Positions 11,322-21,428 of a DNA stretch of 64,000 nucleotides are shown piece after piece (the first letter of the stretch is position 1; every line of letters starts with the position of its first letter). The notes beneath the pieces are model-generated. The model ran no database searches and was not told where the DNA came from. It worked only from the letters and a program-made list of their open reading frames with translations. The translations under genes were made by a program, and so were the position numbers. This DNA comes from Bacteriovorax sp. (GTDB lineage Bacteria > Bdellovibrionota > Bacteriovoracia > Bacteriovoracales > Bacteriovoracaceae): positions 5,634 through 69,633 of the forward strand of contig JACMRM010000006.1 of assembly GCA_014376445.1 (NCBI GenBank), given 5' to 3'.

Positions 11322-13520
11322 TTAACGAAGGAAAAGCATATCGTAGTATTTCGGAAGCATGTAGAACTGATTCGGAATCAATTCTTCCAGTTCGTTACAA
11401 ATACCGGCCATTGAAGTTACGGTTGTCATTAACTCACTTGCAATTTTCTCAGCGTATTTCTGGTGATCAGAGTGGTCTCCAGAAAGTTCTTTGTGAAGGT
11501 TAAGAGAAAGTGCGTGAACTTCATCGATCTTAGTAGAAACTTTTTTGTAAGCATCAAGTTCGAAGTTAGAAGCACCGCCAATTTCTTTTTGCCCTTTAAT
11601 TAGGTTTGCAAGAACTGATTTGTATTCCAGAGCTGAAGGAATAACAAATTGGTGAATCATATCGATCATCGTTTCGAATTCGATCTCTCGGATCTTGATG
11701 TATCTCTCAAGCAGAATGTTATAACGAGTTTCGATCTCAGCTTGATGGAAAATTCCATTGCGAACTAAAAATGAGTAATCTTCTTTATTTGTCATCGTCT
11801 TTAGAGCTTCCGGAGTTGTGCGAAGATTTGGAAGTCCACGTCTCGCCGCCTCAGCAACCCATTCTTTCGAGTATCCGTCTCCGTTGAAAACCGCTTTTAA
11901 TGAATCTCCCATTAATTTCTTGATAAGGCTCATTAAAGACTGGTCAACTGTCTGCCCTTTTCCAAGTTCAGTTTCTAAATAAATGTTTGCTTCCAAGAAA
12001 ACATCAGTAACAGCAGCATTTAAAACAGTCATCGGAAAACCGATCGCGTGAGATGAACCAACAGCACGGAACTCAAATTTGTTTCCAGTGAAAGCAAATG
12101 GAGAAGTTCTGTTTCTATCTGTGTTGTCTTTTAATAAGTGAGACAACTGATTCGATCCAAGATTGATTATGTTGTTAGTTGTCGGCGCAAATGATTTGTC
12201 TTCCATAATAGCGCGGAAAATTTTATCGAGTGTATCGCCAAGGTAAGCAGAAATAATTGAAGGAGGTGCTTCGTTAGCTCCCAAACGGTGGTCGTTACCT
12301 GCTCCGGAAATCGCCATACGAAGTGGTTTTGCATATCTATCTAATGCATTCACGATGATCGCAATAGTCGCAAGAAATCTTAAATTTGATTGTGGCTCGC
12401 TCCCTGGCTCTAGAAGATTTAATCCAGTGTTGTCGCTCATTGACCAGTTCACGTGCTTACCAGAACCGTTGATGCCTGCAAATGGTTTTTCATGAAGAAG
12501 AACCATCATCTCATGTTTCTCAGCAATTCTTCTCATTGTAGTCATGACCATTTGGTTGTTATCAGAGGCCACATTTGCTTCAGTGAAAATTGGCGCCATT
12601 TCGAACTGCCCTGGAGCAACTTCGTTGTGACGAGTTTTTGATGGAATTCCTAGACGGTGAAGTTCGTAGTCGAATTCTTGCATGAAAGCTAGAACTCTAT
12701 CAGGAATTAATCCGAAATAGTGATCTTCCAACTGTTGATTACGAGTCGTAAGAGCTCCGAAAAGAGTTCTTCCTGTCATAACTAAATCTGGGCGAGCGTA
12801 ATAGAATGCTTTATCTACTAAAAAATATTCTTGTTCCGCTCCACATGTAACGATAACTGATTTTGAATCATTGTGGCCTGCAAGCTGTAAAAATTTAGTT
12901 GCAGCAGGGCCTAGTTTTGAAATTGATTTTAGAAGAGGAGTTTTAATATCCAAAGACTCACCTAAGTAAGAAACGAAGGCAGTCGGGATACAAAGAGTTT
13001 TTCCATTTACTGTTTCAATAAGAAACATTGGTGATGTTAGATCCCAAGTTGTATATCCACGAGCTTCGAAAGTTGAACGTGATCCACCATTTGGAAATGA
13101 TGAAGCGTCCGGCTCACCTTGCATAAGTTGAGAAGCAGATAATCTTTCAATCGCTTTTCCTTCTTTATTGAATGAGAAAAAGGCATCGTGTTTTTCTGCA
13201 GTCCCGCCAGTTAATGGCTGGAACCAGTGACAGAAGTGAGTTGCACCATTTTTTACGGCCCATGAAGTAACTGCATTCGCAACAGCTTCGGCATGCTCTT
13301 TTTTAATTCCACGGCCGGCGTCCAGAGCAGAGATGATTTCTTTTTTAATAGCATCAGAGATGTCTTCAGAAGTTTTGAAATCAAAAGTTAATTCACCATA
13401 GTAATCGCTTACTTTTTTTGTTTGTCCCATGTTGTCTAATGGAATTGTGAATTTTCTTGGATTCCTTGAAGTAGCACGGTTACGCAAACTAGAAACAGAC
13501 TCTCTCAAATCAGTCGTCAT
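11322..13520 (-). CDS. glnN: Glutamine synthetase type III
   Basis: 732 aa. HWFQPLT..TAEKHD, GEPDASSFPNGG.R.TFEARGYT.WD, HNEVAPGQFE, HEKPF.G.NGSGKH, HRLGANEAPP and DRNRTSPFAFTGNKFEFRA motifs. Confidence 0.96.
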   Translation of the reverse strand: MTTDLRESVSSLRNRATSRNPRKFTIPLDNMGQTKKVSDYYGELTFDFKTSEDISDAIKKEIISALDAGRGIKKEHAEAVANAVTSWAVKNGATHFCHWFQPLTGGTAEKHDAFFSFNKEGKAIERLSASQLMQGEPDASSFPNGGSRSTFEARGYTTWDLTSPMFLIETVNGKTLCIPTAFVSYLGESLDIKTPLLKSISKLGPAATKFLQLAGHNDSKSVIVTCGAEQEYFLVDKAFYYARPDLVMTGRTLFGALTTRNQQLEDHYFGLIPDRVLAFMQEFDYELHRLGIPSKTRHNEVAPGQFEMAPIFTEANVASDNNQMVMTTMRRIAEKHEMMVLLHEKPFAGINGSGKHVNWSMSDNTGLNLLEPGSEPQSNLRFLATIAIIVNALDRYAKPLRMAISGAGNDHRLGANEAPPSIISAYLGDTLDKIFRAIMEDKSFAPTTNNIINLGSNQLSHLLKDNTDRNRTSPFAFTGNKFEFRAVGSSHAIGFPMTVLNAAVTDVFLEANIYLETELGKGQTVDQSLMSLIKKLMGDSLKAVFNGDGYSKEWVAEAARRGLPNLRTTPEALKTMTNKEDYSFLVRNGIFHQAEIETRYNILLERYIKIREIEFETMIDMIHQFVIPSALEYKSVLANLIKGQKEIGGASNFELDAYKKVSTKIDEVHALSLNLHKELSGDHSDHQKYAEKIASELMTTVTSMAGICNELEELIPNQFYMLPKYYDMLFLR

Positions 13521-13707
13521 ATTATATCCTCCCCGATGAATTTTCCCTGGCCTTCCGGAGATTGTAATTTTAAATGCCTAAATGTTAAAGGAGTTTTGTA
13601 GTAATTTTACCTAAAGAGTTTTTAAACACATTAGAGTAATCATGGCGAAAAAAAGGAGTCATATACTATGCCAAAAATTCTAAACTCAGCAAGTCAAATA
13701 GGCTTCC

Positions 13708-15438
13708 TTACGGGTTCAAAACCTTCTCTACCAATCCTTTATCTGCCACTGTAATCGCACGTAGTCTCGCTGGCACAACGCCAACATTTAAGCTTACAGT
13801 CGCAAGGTTTGCGAGCCTTGAAATTGTAAATGTATATGATTCGTTTGCTCTTAAATATTTCGGGAATTCATTGTAGCGGTCTTTTAAGATGCGCACACCG
13901 TTGATAGCGAGAATCTCATCTCCAGCATTAATCCCAGCCTTAAAGGCTGGGCCATCAAGTGTGACAGTGCGTACAAGAACGCGCTCACCTGCAAACTCCG
14001 GTTCAAATCCCAGCCATGGAGATTCCGATTTATCCCACTCAAATTTTAATCCACCCTCATTACAAATCGACTCTAAATCAATTTCCTGAGTAGTCGATGT
14101 CATGATTTCGAATTTTTCGCGGATTTCTTTTCCACCTACTTCTTCAACCATGCCAAAAACCATTTGCTGGTCTACTCCACGCTCAGGATGTTTGTTATAG
14201 TCATTCCACAATATTTTTAAAAGATCATTAATGCTTTTACCTTTTTTTGCCAGAAGAATATTCAGCGCAAAAAAGACAATTCCACCTTTGAGGTAATAGC
14301 TCACACTTGAGTTGCTCGAATTTTCATCGGGTCTGTATAATTTTATCCATGAATTAAAAGATGATTCATCTAATGAATGAAATTTTCTTCCAGGTACACA
14401 ATAGTAACGGTTCAAATTATCTTTTTGCATTTCAAGGTATTCATCTAGTGAGATGAGTCCCATTCTATAGATAAAAAGTTCATCCATTAACGACGTTAAA
14501 CCTTCCGCAAGCCATAACAGATTTGAAGTCGCTTCTTTTAAATAATTAAACGGCCCTAATTCTTTCGGACGGATTCTTTTTACGTTCCATGTGTGGAAGT
14601 ATTCGTGGGAAATAAGTGCAATATAATTGATGTAGCCTTTTCTATTGGTAATTTGAGTTGGATCAAACTGCAGTGCTGTCGAATTTTTATGCTCAAGCCC
14701 TCCATAAAAACCCGGAACAAAATGCGTGATGAACGAGTATTTTTCATAGGGAAATCCCCCCATGAAGCTTGCGATATGTTCGACGATTTTTTTTGTGTCT
14801 GCTTTAATATTTTCTTTATGAGGCAAAAGATTTCCGTAGAAGGCAAGATCGTGAGGCACACCATTGACTTCAAAACCATCTGTTTCCTGACAACCGATTT
14901 CAATCGGTGAATCGATCAGATCATCATAATTTTTTGCAGAGTAAATAAAGATCTCTCTTTTTGTAGAAATATCTTTTAAACCTGTTGTGAGTTTTGACCA
15001 TGAAGGAGGAAAAGAAATTTCAATTGTTGGATCGTTAATTTCTGTTTTTAGTATGCCCATTAAAAGTGTTGGAAGATGTAAGAAAGCATGTGAGTCATCA
15101 ACATGTGATGTTCGAACTGTTAGCTCATGGCAAAAGACGCTGTACGAAACTGTAAATGAATCAATATCACCTGAACTGTTCTTAAGATCAGATTTATTCC
15201 AGTCGATATTAAAAGTTGAAACATCAGTTTGCTCTAAATAAAGACGCTCTCCACTGGCGTTTTCTGCTTTTATGTTTGATAAATGACGAGAGTATTCTCT
15301 TATTAAATAAGATCCGGGCGACCAGCGTGGAAGAAAAAAGTCCAGAGAATTATCACCTGATTCTTTTTTTCCTGTGATTATGACGCGAACTTGGTGCGTT
15401 GTAGGTGTCTCAATTATAAGTTTATATGCCAGCTTCAT
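13708..15438 (-). CDS. M61 family (glycyl) aminopeptidase with C-terminal PDZ domain
   Basis: WSPGSY, GGLEH, HEYFHTWNVKRIRP, WLAEGLTS and YYLKG motifs. PDZ signature 'GPAFKAGINAGDEILAING'. Confidence 0.93.
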   Translation of the reverse strand: MKLAYKLIIETPTTHQVRVIITGKKESGDNSLDFFLPRWSPGSYLIREYSRHLSNIKAENASGERLYLEQTDVSTFNIDWNKSDLKNSSGDIDSFTVSYSVFCHELTVRTSHVDDSHAFLHLPTLLMGILKTEINDPTIEISFPPSWSKLTTGLKDISTKREIFIYSAKNYDDLIDSPIEIGCQETDGFEVNGVPHDLAFYGNLLPHKENIKADTKKIVEHIASFMGGFPYEKYSFITHFVPGFYGGLEHKNSTALQFDPTQITNRKGYINYIALISHEYFHTWNVKRIRPKELGPFNYLKEATSNLLWLAEGLTSLMDELFIYRMGLISLDEYLEMQKDNLNRYYCVPGRKFHSLDESSFNSWIKLYRPDENSSNSSVSYYLKGGIVFFALNILLAKKGKSINDLLKILWNDYNKHPERGVDQQMVFGMVEEVGGKEIREKFEIMTSTTQEIDLESICNEGGLKFEWDKSESPWLGFEPEFAGERVLVRTVTLDGPAFKAGINAGDEILAINGVRILKDRYNEFPKYLRANESYTFTISRLANLATVSLNVGVVPARLRAITVADKGLVEKVLNP

Positions 15439-15537
15439 AAAAAATTCCTTTTTTGACTTGTAAAATCTTTTTTGGTTGGATAGTTACGTACGCACATACA
15501 ATAACACTAACGATATATTTCCGCATGAGATTTCCAC

Positions 15538-15957
15538 ATGAGTTTTAAACAAAATAAAGTTAATAAAGACTTGGTTCTTCCGCCTGTCATCATGTTCACT
15601 GAGCGCGCTCTCGAACAATTAAAATTAATTATCGATAACGATTTTACTCTGGCGGGTAAATATTTTCGTGTTGTCGTAAGCGGTAAAGGTTGTGAAGGTT
15701 TTACGTATGCTGCTGGCTTCACTGATTTGCAGGTAGACGACTTCCAGGTTCGCATCGCTAATACTCGTGACGAAATTTATGTTGTCATCGATCCATTCGC
15801 TGCTTTCTATCTGCAGGAAGCTTCCGTTGATTTTATCCAGGACTTCACAGCTGATGCTGAAGGCTTCGTGGTCACTAATCATTCGCAAGGTGAATTCAAA
15901 GGAAAATTTTGGAGAGGGTCGAAGGAAAAAACTCCGCCACTTTCAGAAGGAGTATAG
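15538..15957 (+). CDS. HesB/IscA/ErpA-family protein lacking the C-terminal CxC
   Basis: TERA, 'RVVVSGKGCEGFTY', 'IDP....YL....VDF' and 'GFVVTN' motifs. Only one Cys. Confidence 0.8.
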   Translation: MSFKQNKVNKDLVLPPVIMFTERALEQLKLIIDNDFTLAGKYFRVVVSGKGCEGFTYAAGFTDLQVDDFQVRIANTRDEIYVVIDPFAAFYLQEASVDFIQDFTADAEGFVVTNHSQGEFKGKFWRGSKEKTPPLSEGV

Positions 15958-15959
15958 GT

Positions 15960-16763
15960 ATGTTGGATTTCAGATACCTTAAAGCTTTCATGCTGACGGC
16001 AAAATACTCAAGCTTCTCAAAAGCGGCCGAAGAATTAAATATTGCCCAGTCAGCAGTCAGCCGTCAGATTAAACTTCTTGAAGACTCACTTTCAGAAGAG
16101 CTCATCATCAGATCAAGTAAAAAAGTTATTCTTTCTGAAAAAGGAAAAGAGCTTTACCTGGCTTCACAATCTTTTGAAAAAATTTCCCTGCAGATTTTTC
16201 AGCGCGAAGACCAGCTTCCGCTCACAATAGGAATTTTGGAAGGTCTTTTAAAAAACTGGTTCACTCCTCTTCTAACAGAATATTTAAAAAATCAAAAGCG
16301 TGACGTTACTGTTCACGTGGCAGATATGCCTGAATTGAAATCCGGAATCGAAGACAGCAAGTTTGATGTCATCTTCGGGGTAGAAAATATCCAGTCTGAG
16401 CTTGTAACTTCGCTGAAGCTCTTTGAAGAAAAACTGGTGTTGATTTCAAAAAGTGAATTGAACAGGAAAAAATTGAATGAAAATCGCTGGGTAGTTTTTT
16501 CCAACAATGATCATCTCTTTAAATTATCTAAAACTAAAAGTGAATCGATCATCATGGTAGATTCATTTACGTCGATCATCTCTCTGGTAAAAAACGATGT
16601 AGGTATTGCAATTGTTCCTGATCATCTTATCAAAAAAGAAGACAAGCTTGAAGTCCAGGAAGTTCCGGGGCTGCCTTCATCACAAATTTATATGAGTACG
16701 CTGAACTATAAGAGAATGCCTGAGAGAATCAAGGCGCTCGCTGATATCGTGAGAAAAAAATAA
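15960..16763 (+). CDS. LysR-family transcriptional regulator
   Basis: SFSKAAEELNIAQSAVSRQIKLLE helix-turn-helix. ATG at 15960 lies 2 nt after the upstream stop. Confidence 0.92.
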   Translation: MLDFRYLKAFMLTAKYSSFSKAAEELNIAQSAVSRQIKLLEDSLSEELIIRSSKKVILSEKGKELYLASQSFEKISLQIFQREDQLPLTIGILEGLLKNWFTPLLTEYLKNQKRDVTVHVADMPELKSGIEDSKFDVIFGVENIQSELVTSLKLFEEKLVLISKSELNRKKLNENRWVVFSNNDHLFKLSKTKSESIIMVDSFTSIISLVKNDVGIAIVPDHLIKKEDKLEVQEVPGLPSSQIYMSTLNYKRMPERIKALADIVRKK

Positions 16764-16784
16764 TTTGCCCCGATTTTTTTCGGT

Positions 16785-17630
16785 CTACTTATTTTCAAGC
16801 GGCGGATTTTTTACGTTATCAAGACTTTCAAAATAGTCGTGGAAATACCCGTTGAAATAATCCTTCGCTTTCACGTAGTCGTCGCTGTTCGTGTTGAATA
16901 AATCAACTGCGCTATAGGCGCGTGTATCGTAAGGGCCGAAACGTCCCGCTTGCGTGATAAAGGCCATTACTTCTTTGGCGTTTTTATCTTTGAAAGGTTT
17001 GTAATAATCCAACCAGAAATCAACAGTAACTGGTTTTCCAATATTAGTGTCGAGAACCATCCAGCCTTTATCAGTGTAAACCATTGTGGCCACATGATGA
17101 CCCCATTCTTTCATATCCCCTGCAATCCAGATTTTTTTCACAGCGTCCGGGTGAATATTGCGTGCGATAGCTTCCATGTGGGCAATGGTGGCGCGTCCGA
17201 AACAAAATCCAATTGTGCCTTTAATATCGTAACAGTAATGATTTTTGTTAACTTTTGAAACTACCATTGAAGCGTAAATGAGTTCAGAATCGGTCGTGGT
17301 GACTACACTTATTTTTCCTTTTTCTTCTGTCACTTCATACGGAACTTTCACAAGTTTTCTGATATTTTCATTGTTCTTTTTAATTTCATTATCAGAGAGC
17401 TGTTGTTGAATATAAAGCAGTGAGGTGCCGCCGTATTTTGCTTCGAGTTCTTTTAATGATTTTGCATCAGAGTAGATCCACTCTGTATATCCACTGTATG
17501 GTTTGTATTCCATAAGCAGCGACATCGTATCCAGACAGCTCTTAAAATTAGCTGGTTCTCTTAAGGAATCCGGTGTTGTTGAACAGCTGAAAAATGAAAA
17601 TAAGAGAATGATTAAAAGTAGTAACTTCAT
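16785..17630 (-). CDS. Lipoprotein with papain/transglutaminase-like Cys-His-Asp core, protein-glutaminase-like
   Basis: Lipobox FFSC, then GFCFGRA, WGHHVA and VLD motifs. Confidence 0.6.
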   Translation of the reverse strand: MKLLLLIILLFSFFSCSTTPDSLREPANFKSCLDTMSLLMEYKPYSGYTEWIYSDAKSLKELEAKYGGTSLLYIQQQLSDNEIKKNNENIRKLVKVPYEVTEEKGKISVVTTTDSELIYASMVVSKVNKNHYCYDIKGTIGFCFGRATIAHMEAIARNIHPDAVKKIWIAGDMKEWGHHVATMVYTDKGWMVLDTNIGKPVTVDFWLDYYKPFKDKNAKEVMAFITQAGRFGPYDTRAYSAVDLFNTNSDDYVKAKDYFNGYFHDYFESLDNVKNPPLENK

Positions 17631-17660
17631 ACACTCTTAGTCGGTGCATTTCGGGATAGC

Positions 17661-19433
17661 TTAATAACAGTCTTTTGATTTAGGAAGAACTCTGCCGTCT
17701 TCACACAGATTTAATTCCAGATGTTTGCCAGTACCCGAGAGTTTACGTAGGTCGTATTTTTTTACGAGAGGAATAATTCTTCCCAACCGATCCTCAGATC
17801 CGATACTCCAGCGAACTGTAACATCACTGGGGGTTTCCTTATCGAAAGCAAAATAAATCCCCTCTTCATTTTGTGAAGGCAGAGATCCATAGCTGTATGA
17901 GACAGGTGAAAAGCGTTTTGTTTTTGTCGTGCTGAAAATAACGGTTGAAGAAATTCCGTAAAAGTTACTTTTTTTTCCTTGAAGGTGAAAACGAATCGAG
18001 CCTCTTCCATTTCTTTTGGTTTGATTTTCAAAAACATAAATTCTTGTATCGATATCACCTGCCCGGACTTTGCTTTGTCCTGCAATAAAATCCATTATGC
18101 CGTCACCATTTAAATCAATTGTCACTGTACCTGATGGGTTCATCAGATTAATGCCAAGATCAAGTCCTTTGTCTTTATATTCATGATCGGCCTGCTGTTC
18201 AAAAAGCACCAGACGGGATGAAGGTGGAAATCCTGAGTTTTCAATTATTAGATCTGAAAGCCCGTCGAGATTATAGTCAATCCAAAGGCCTCTTCGGTTT
18301 CCTTCTGACCAGTTTTCTTTTTGGTCAGTCATGTAAAACTCAGAGCGATAAAATTTAGGAGGAAAAGCTTTGGTTGATCCGGTCAGCACTGCTGATTTAT
18401 CGCGTGTTTCAGGATCGCTGTCTTTAGAAAGATTTCCTACGACAATATCGACAATTTCATCATTGTTATAATCACCACAAAGACTGAAAAAAGAATTTCC
18501 ACCGCCGTGAGACTCTGCAGTTCCTTCGTTATCTGCACCGTAGCCTGATTCTTGCCCGTAATTAACGAAATTTTTTCCGTCGATGTTCATCCATAATTTA
18601 TTAAAATAGCCGTTAGTATTATTCGTCATGATATCCGGAAAGCCATTTTTATCAACGTCGCAGACACTCGCCCCGAAAGTTGGAGTGGCATTGGGATATG
18701 ATTTATCATTTATATTGTAGTCGTACTCACCTTTTAGCTGGCTTCCAACATCAGTAAACTGATACCCTTTTCCTTCGAAAAGAAAATCAGTAACTGGCCG
18801 GGGATTAGCATCTTTTTGTGAGAACCAGTTCGCCAGAAAAAGATCAATTTCGCCATCGAGATTATAATCAAGCGGCACAATACTTGCTGTCGGCAGAATA
18901 CCGGTTGGAAGAACTGTTTTTTGTTTGTAATGAAGTTTCCCGTTTATGATTTCACCTTTAAAAATTCGTGCCGGATACTGTGTAATCTCAGTTTTCTGAT
19001 TGAGGTTTCCTATAATCACATCCAGAATTCCATCATGATCAAGATCCACAAAACTCAGATAGCTTGCACGAATAATTTCATCAAAGGGATTATCGCCGAG
19101 CTTAAATTTTTTTTCTGCTTTATTGAAAAAATAAAATTTAGGTGACGCCATAAAATCGTCTAGCGTTACAAGATCAGTTGCACCGTCATGGTTTGCATCA
19201 ACTGCATACATATGAACAGCATGAACACCTTTTAATCCATACTCTTCAGTTTTGTCGACAAAGATATCGCCCTTTTTCTCAGGCGTAATATCATAAGGTA
19301 TAGAAGCCTCGCGAGGCCCGCCGATATCAGAGAGAGGCTGAATTTTTTTATCAGCACAGCCCGCGATCGAAACTACGAGCAGCGCCAGTAAAATAATTTT
19401 TCTTAAATTAGAAATTGATAATATCAAGTCCAT
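17661..19433 (-). CDS. FG-GAP/VCBS-repeat lipoprotein (CRTAC1/ASPIC-UnbV-like)
   Basis: Lipobox IAGC and repeated DxxxDGxxD motifs (DANHDGATD, DLDHDGILD, DYNLDGEID, DVDKNGFPD, DYNLDGLSD, DLNGDGIMD). Start taken at ATG 19433, which has GGTGG upstream. Confidence 0.82.
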   Translation of the reverse strand: MDLILSISNLRKIILLALLVVSIAGCADKKIQPLSDIGGPREASIPYDITPEKKGDIFVDKTEEYGLKGVHAVHMYAVDANHDGATDLVTLDDFMASPKFYFFNKAEKKFKLGDNPFDEIIRASYLSFVDLDHDGILDVIIGNLNQKTEITQYPARIFKGEIINGKLHYKQKTVLPTGILPTASIVPLDYNLDGEIDLFLANWFSQKDANPRPVTDFLFEGKGYQFTDVGSQLKGEYDYNINDKSYPNATPTFGASVCDVDKNGFPDIMTNNTNGYFNKLWMNIDGKNFVNYGQESGYGADNEGTAESHGGGNSFFSLCGDYNNDEIVDIVVGNLSKDSDPETRDKSAVLTGSTKAFPPKFYRSEFYMTDQKENWSEGNRRGLWIDYNLDGLSDLIIENSGFPPSSRLVLFEQQADHEYKDKGLDLGINLMNPSGTVTIDLNGDGIMDFIAGQSKVRAGDIDTRIYVFENQTKRNGRGSIRFHLQGKKSNFYGISSTVIFSTTKTKRFSPVSYSYGSLPSQNEEGIYFAFDKETPSDVTVRWSIGSEDRLGRIIPLVKKYDLRKLSGTGKHLELNLCEDGRVLPKSKDCY

Positions 19434-21177
19434 AACCACCAGCTTTAACCACAGACTCAGAAAGTTTTGCGATAGTCTTGTCGTTACTCTTCGCCATTGC
19501 TTTGATATTTCTTCTGATTTTTCTACCGGATTCATTGCAAATGTATTTCGTTAGACGAAGAACATATTCTTTTTCATCAGCTGTAGCTTTTGTCCCGTTT
19601 AGGATCGCAGTTGTTCTTGAAATAGTCGCGACCATAACATAAAGTTCGATAACCATATCTGCAAGACGTCCCTGCGGAAGTTCGTTGTCTACAATTTTTT
19701 TGCCGTACTTAATTAAAGAATTTTCAACTGCAATCGCAAATTGTCCAAGCAGTTGTGAGAATTTCTCTGCTTGTTCTTTTAATTCAGGGTGAGCTTTTGT
19801 CAGCTCTTTTGAGCCCATCATATTAGACATTCTTTTTCTGGCAAATTTTGTAAAAACACCAAGAGACTTGATCGGATTGTGAAGAGCGCTTGAAACTTCA
19901 GAAATTTTTCCAAGTTCTTTCATATCTTCAGATGGTCCGCGCACTCCAGAGAGAGCAAGAAGGCAACGAAGAATTTCGTTTGTTCCTTCGAAGATCATAT
20001 TGATGCGGGAGTCGCGCATGATTCTCTCATAAGGATATTCCTTCATGTAACCGTTTCCGGCAGCAATCTGCATCGCCATATCGATTGTCGACCAGAGAGA
20101 TTCTGAACCTAAAACTTTGCAGACTGCTGTCTCCATGAAGTAATCATTCATCCCCTTTATCATGTTTCCTGTCGTAAGATAAACGACACTTTCAAGTGCA
20201 TAAGTCATCGCCGCCATTTTTGCCAGCTTGTCCTGGATGAGACCAAAGTCTGCAATCGGACGATCGAATTGTTTTCTGTTTGTCGCGTGCCCTGTCGCCA
20301 ATTCAAGAATCATTTTCATTCCTGAAGCACATCCTGCTCCCAAGGAAAGACGGCCCGAATTTAAAACGTTCATCGCGATTTTAAATCCTTTCCCTAATTC
20401 ACCTAAAATATTTTCTTTTGAAACAATAACTTTATCGAAATATACTGCGCGTGTTTCACTCGCTCGGATCCCCATCTTGTTTTCTTTTTCACCGAATGAA
20501 AGCCCCGGCATTCCACCTTCGACGATGAAGCAGGAAATTTTTTCCACAATTTTTCCATCAACTACATGATCTGTCTTGCAGAACACAGAATAAAATCCGG
20601 CCATACCGCCGTTTGTAATCCAAAGTTTTTGTCCGGTAATAGTGTATGTTCCATCATTATTATCAACTGCTTTTGTTTTGATGGAATATGCATCTGATCC
20701 AGAGCCCGGCTCTGTTAAACAAAAAGCTGCAATCACTTCACCTGTAGCAAGCTTTGGAAGCCATTTCTTTTTTTGTTCTGGTGTCCCCTCGTTTAATAGA
20801 GCTCTGTACCCGATCGACTGGTGCGCTCCGATCATTGTCGCCACCGATCCATCATGACTGGCTACTTGAGCAAAGACACGACAGTAAAGTGTGTAGTCTA
20901 GTCCTAATCCGCCATGATCTTCCGGAACACCAAGTCCCAGTAGCCCCATTTCAGCAAGACCTTGAATCACTTCTTTGGGAAGATGTGCTTCTTTATCAAA
21001 TTTCTCACCATCAATATTATCTTTAGCAAATTGGTCAACTGCTGCCGTCATTTCTTTTGCCATTTCAACCTGAGTGTCTGAGAAATGGGGATATGGAAAA
21101 ACTAGATTTTCGTTAATTTCTCCAAAAAAGAATGAACCTACAACTGATTCGATATTTGAGCCTGAATTACTTGCCAT
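19408..21177 (-). CDS. Acyl-CoA dehydrogenase (long, VLCAD/ACAD9-like)
   Basis: AHQSIG, FCLTEPGSGSDA, GQKLWITNG, KMGIRAS, LNSGR and RDSRINMIFEGTNEILR motifs. Extended C-terminus. Confidence 0.95.
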   Translation of the reverse strand: MASNSGSNIESVVGSFFFGEINENLVFPYPHFSDTQVEMAKEMTAAVDQFAKDNIDGEKFDKEAHLPKEVIQGLAEMGLLGLGVPEDHGGLGLDYTLYCRVFAQVASHDGSVATMIGAHQSIGYRALLNEGTPEQKKKWLPKLATGEVIAAFCLTEPGSGSDAYSIKTKAVDNNDGTYTITGQKLWITNGGMAGFYSVFCKTDHVVDGKIVEKISCFIVEGGMPGLSFGEKENKMGIRASETRAVYFDKVIVSKENILGELGKGFKIAMNVLNSGRLSLGAGCASGMKMILELATGHATNRKQFDRPIADFGLIQDKLAKMAAMTYALESVVYLTTGNMIKGMNDYFMETAVCKVLGSESLWSTIDMAMQIAAGNGYMKEYPYERIMRDSRINMIFEGTNEILRCLLALSGVRGPSEDMKELGKISEVSSALHNPIKSLGVFTKFARKRMSNMMGSKELTKAHPELKEQAEKFSQLLGQFAIAVENSLIKYGKKIVDNELPQGRLADMVIELYVMVATISRTTAILNGTKATADEKEYVLRLTKYICNESGRKIRRNIKAMAKSNDKTIAKLSESVVKAGGYGLDIINF

Positions 21178-21428
21178 TTTTAGTCACCTTTTAATTGGAT
21201 GCAAAATTTTAAATGAATACATGTATAGGATACTCAAACTTTTTGAAAAGAGAAATGAATTTACACAGTACCGTAAGACCTACTTTTTAAGTCGGCATAA
21301 AAATCTTATTGCTACTAATCACGTAACTTCTTAGAATAGAAGAATAAGAATAAATTTGATCCACCATGGATGGTGAATTTGGTAGCTCTAATAATGATGT
21401 TCAAAATTAACATGATGTTAAAACAATT

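Noticed and set aside
13655-13680. sigma54 promoter or glutamine riboswitch upstream of the GSIII gene
   Set aside because: The minus strand reads TGGCATAGTATATGA, which lacks the -12 GC, and I could not recognise a riboswitch fold.
19434-19535. Extended N-terminus of the FG-GAP protein given in the ORF track
   Set aside because: It would overlap the dehydrogenase gene by over 120 bp and bury the lipoprotein signal. ATG 19433 fits better.
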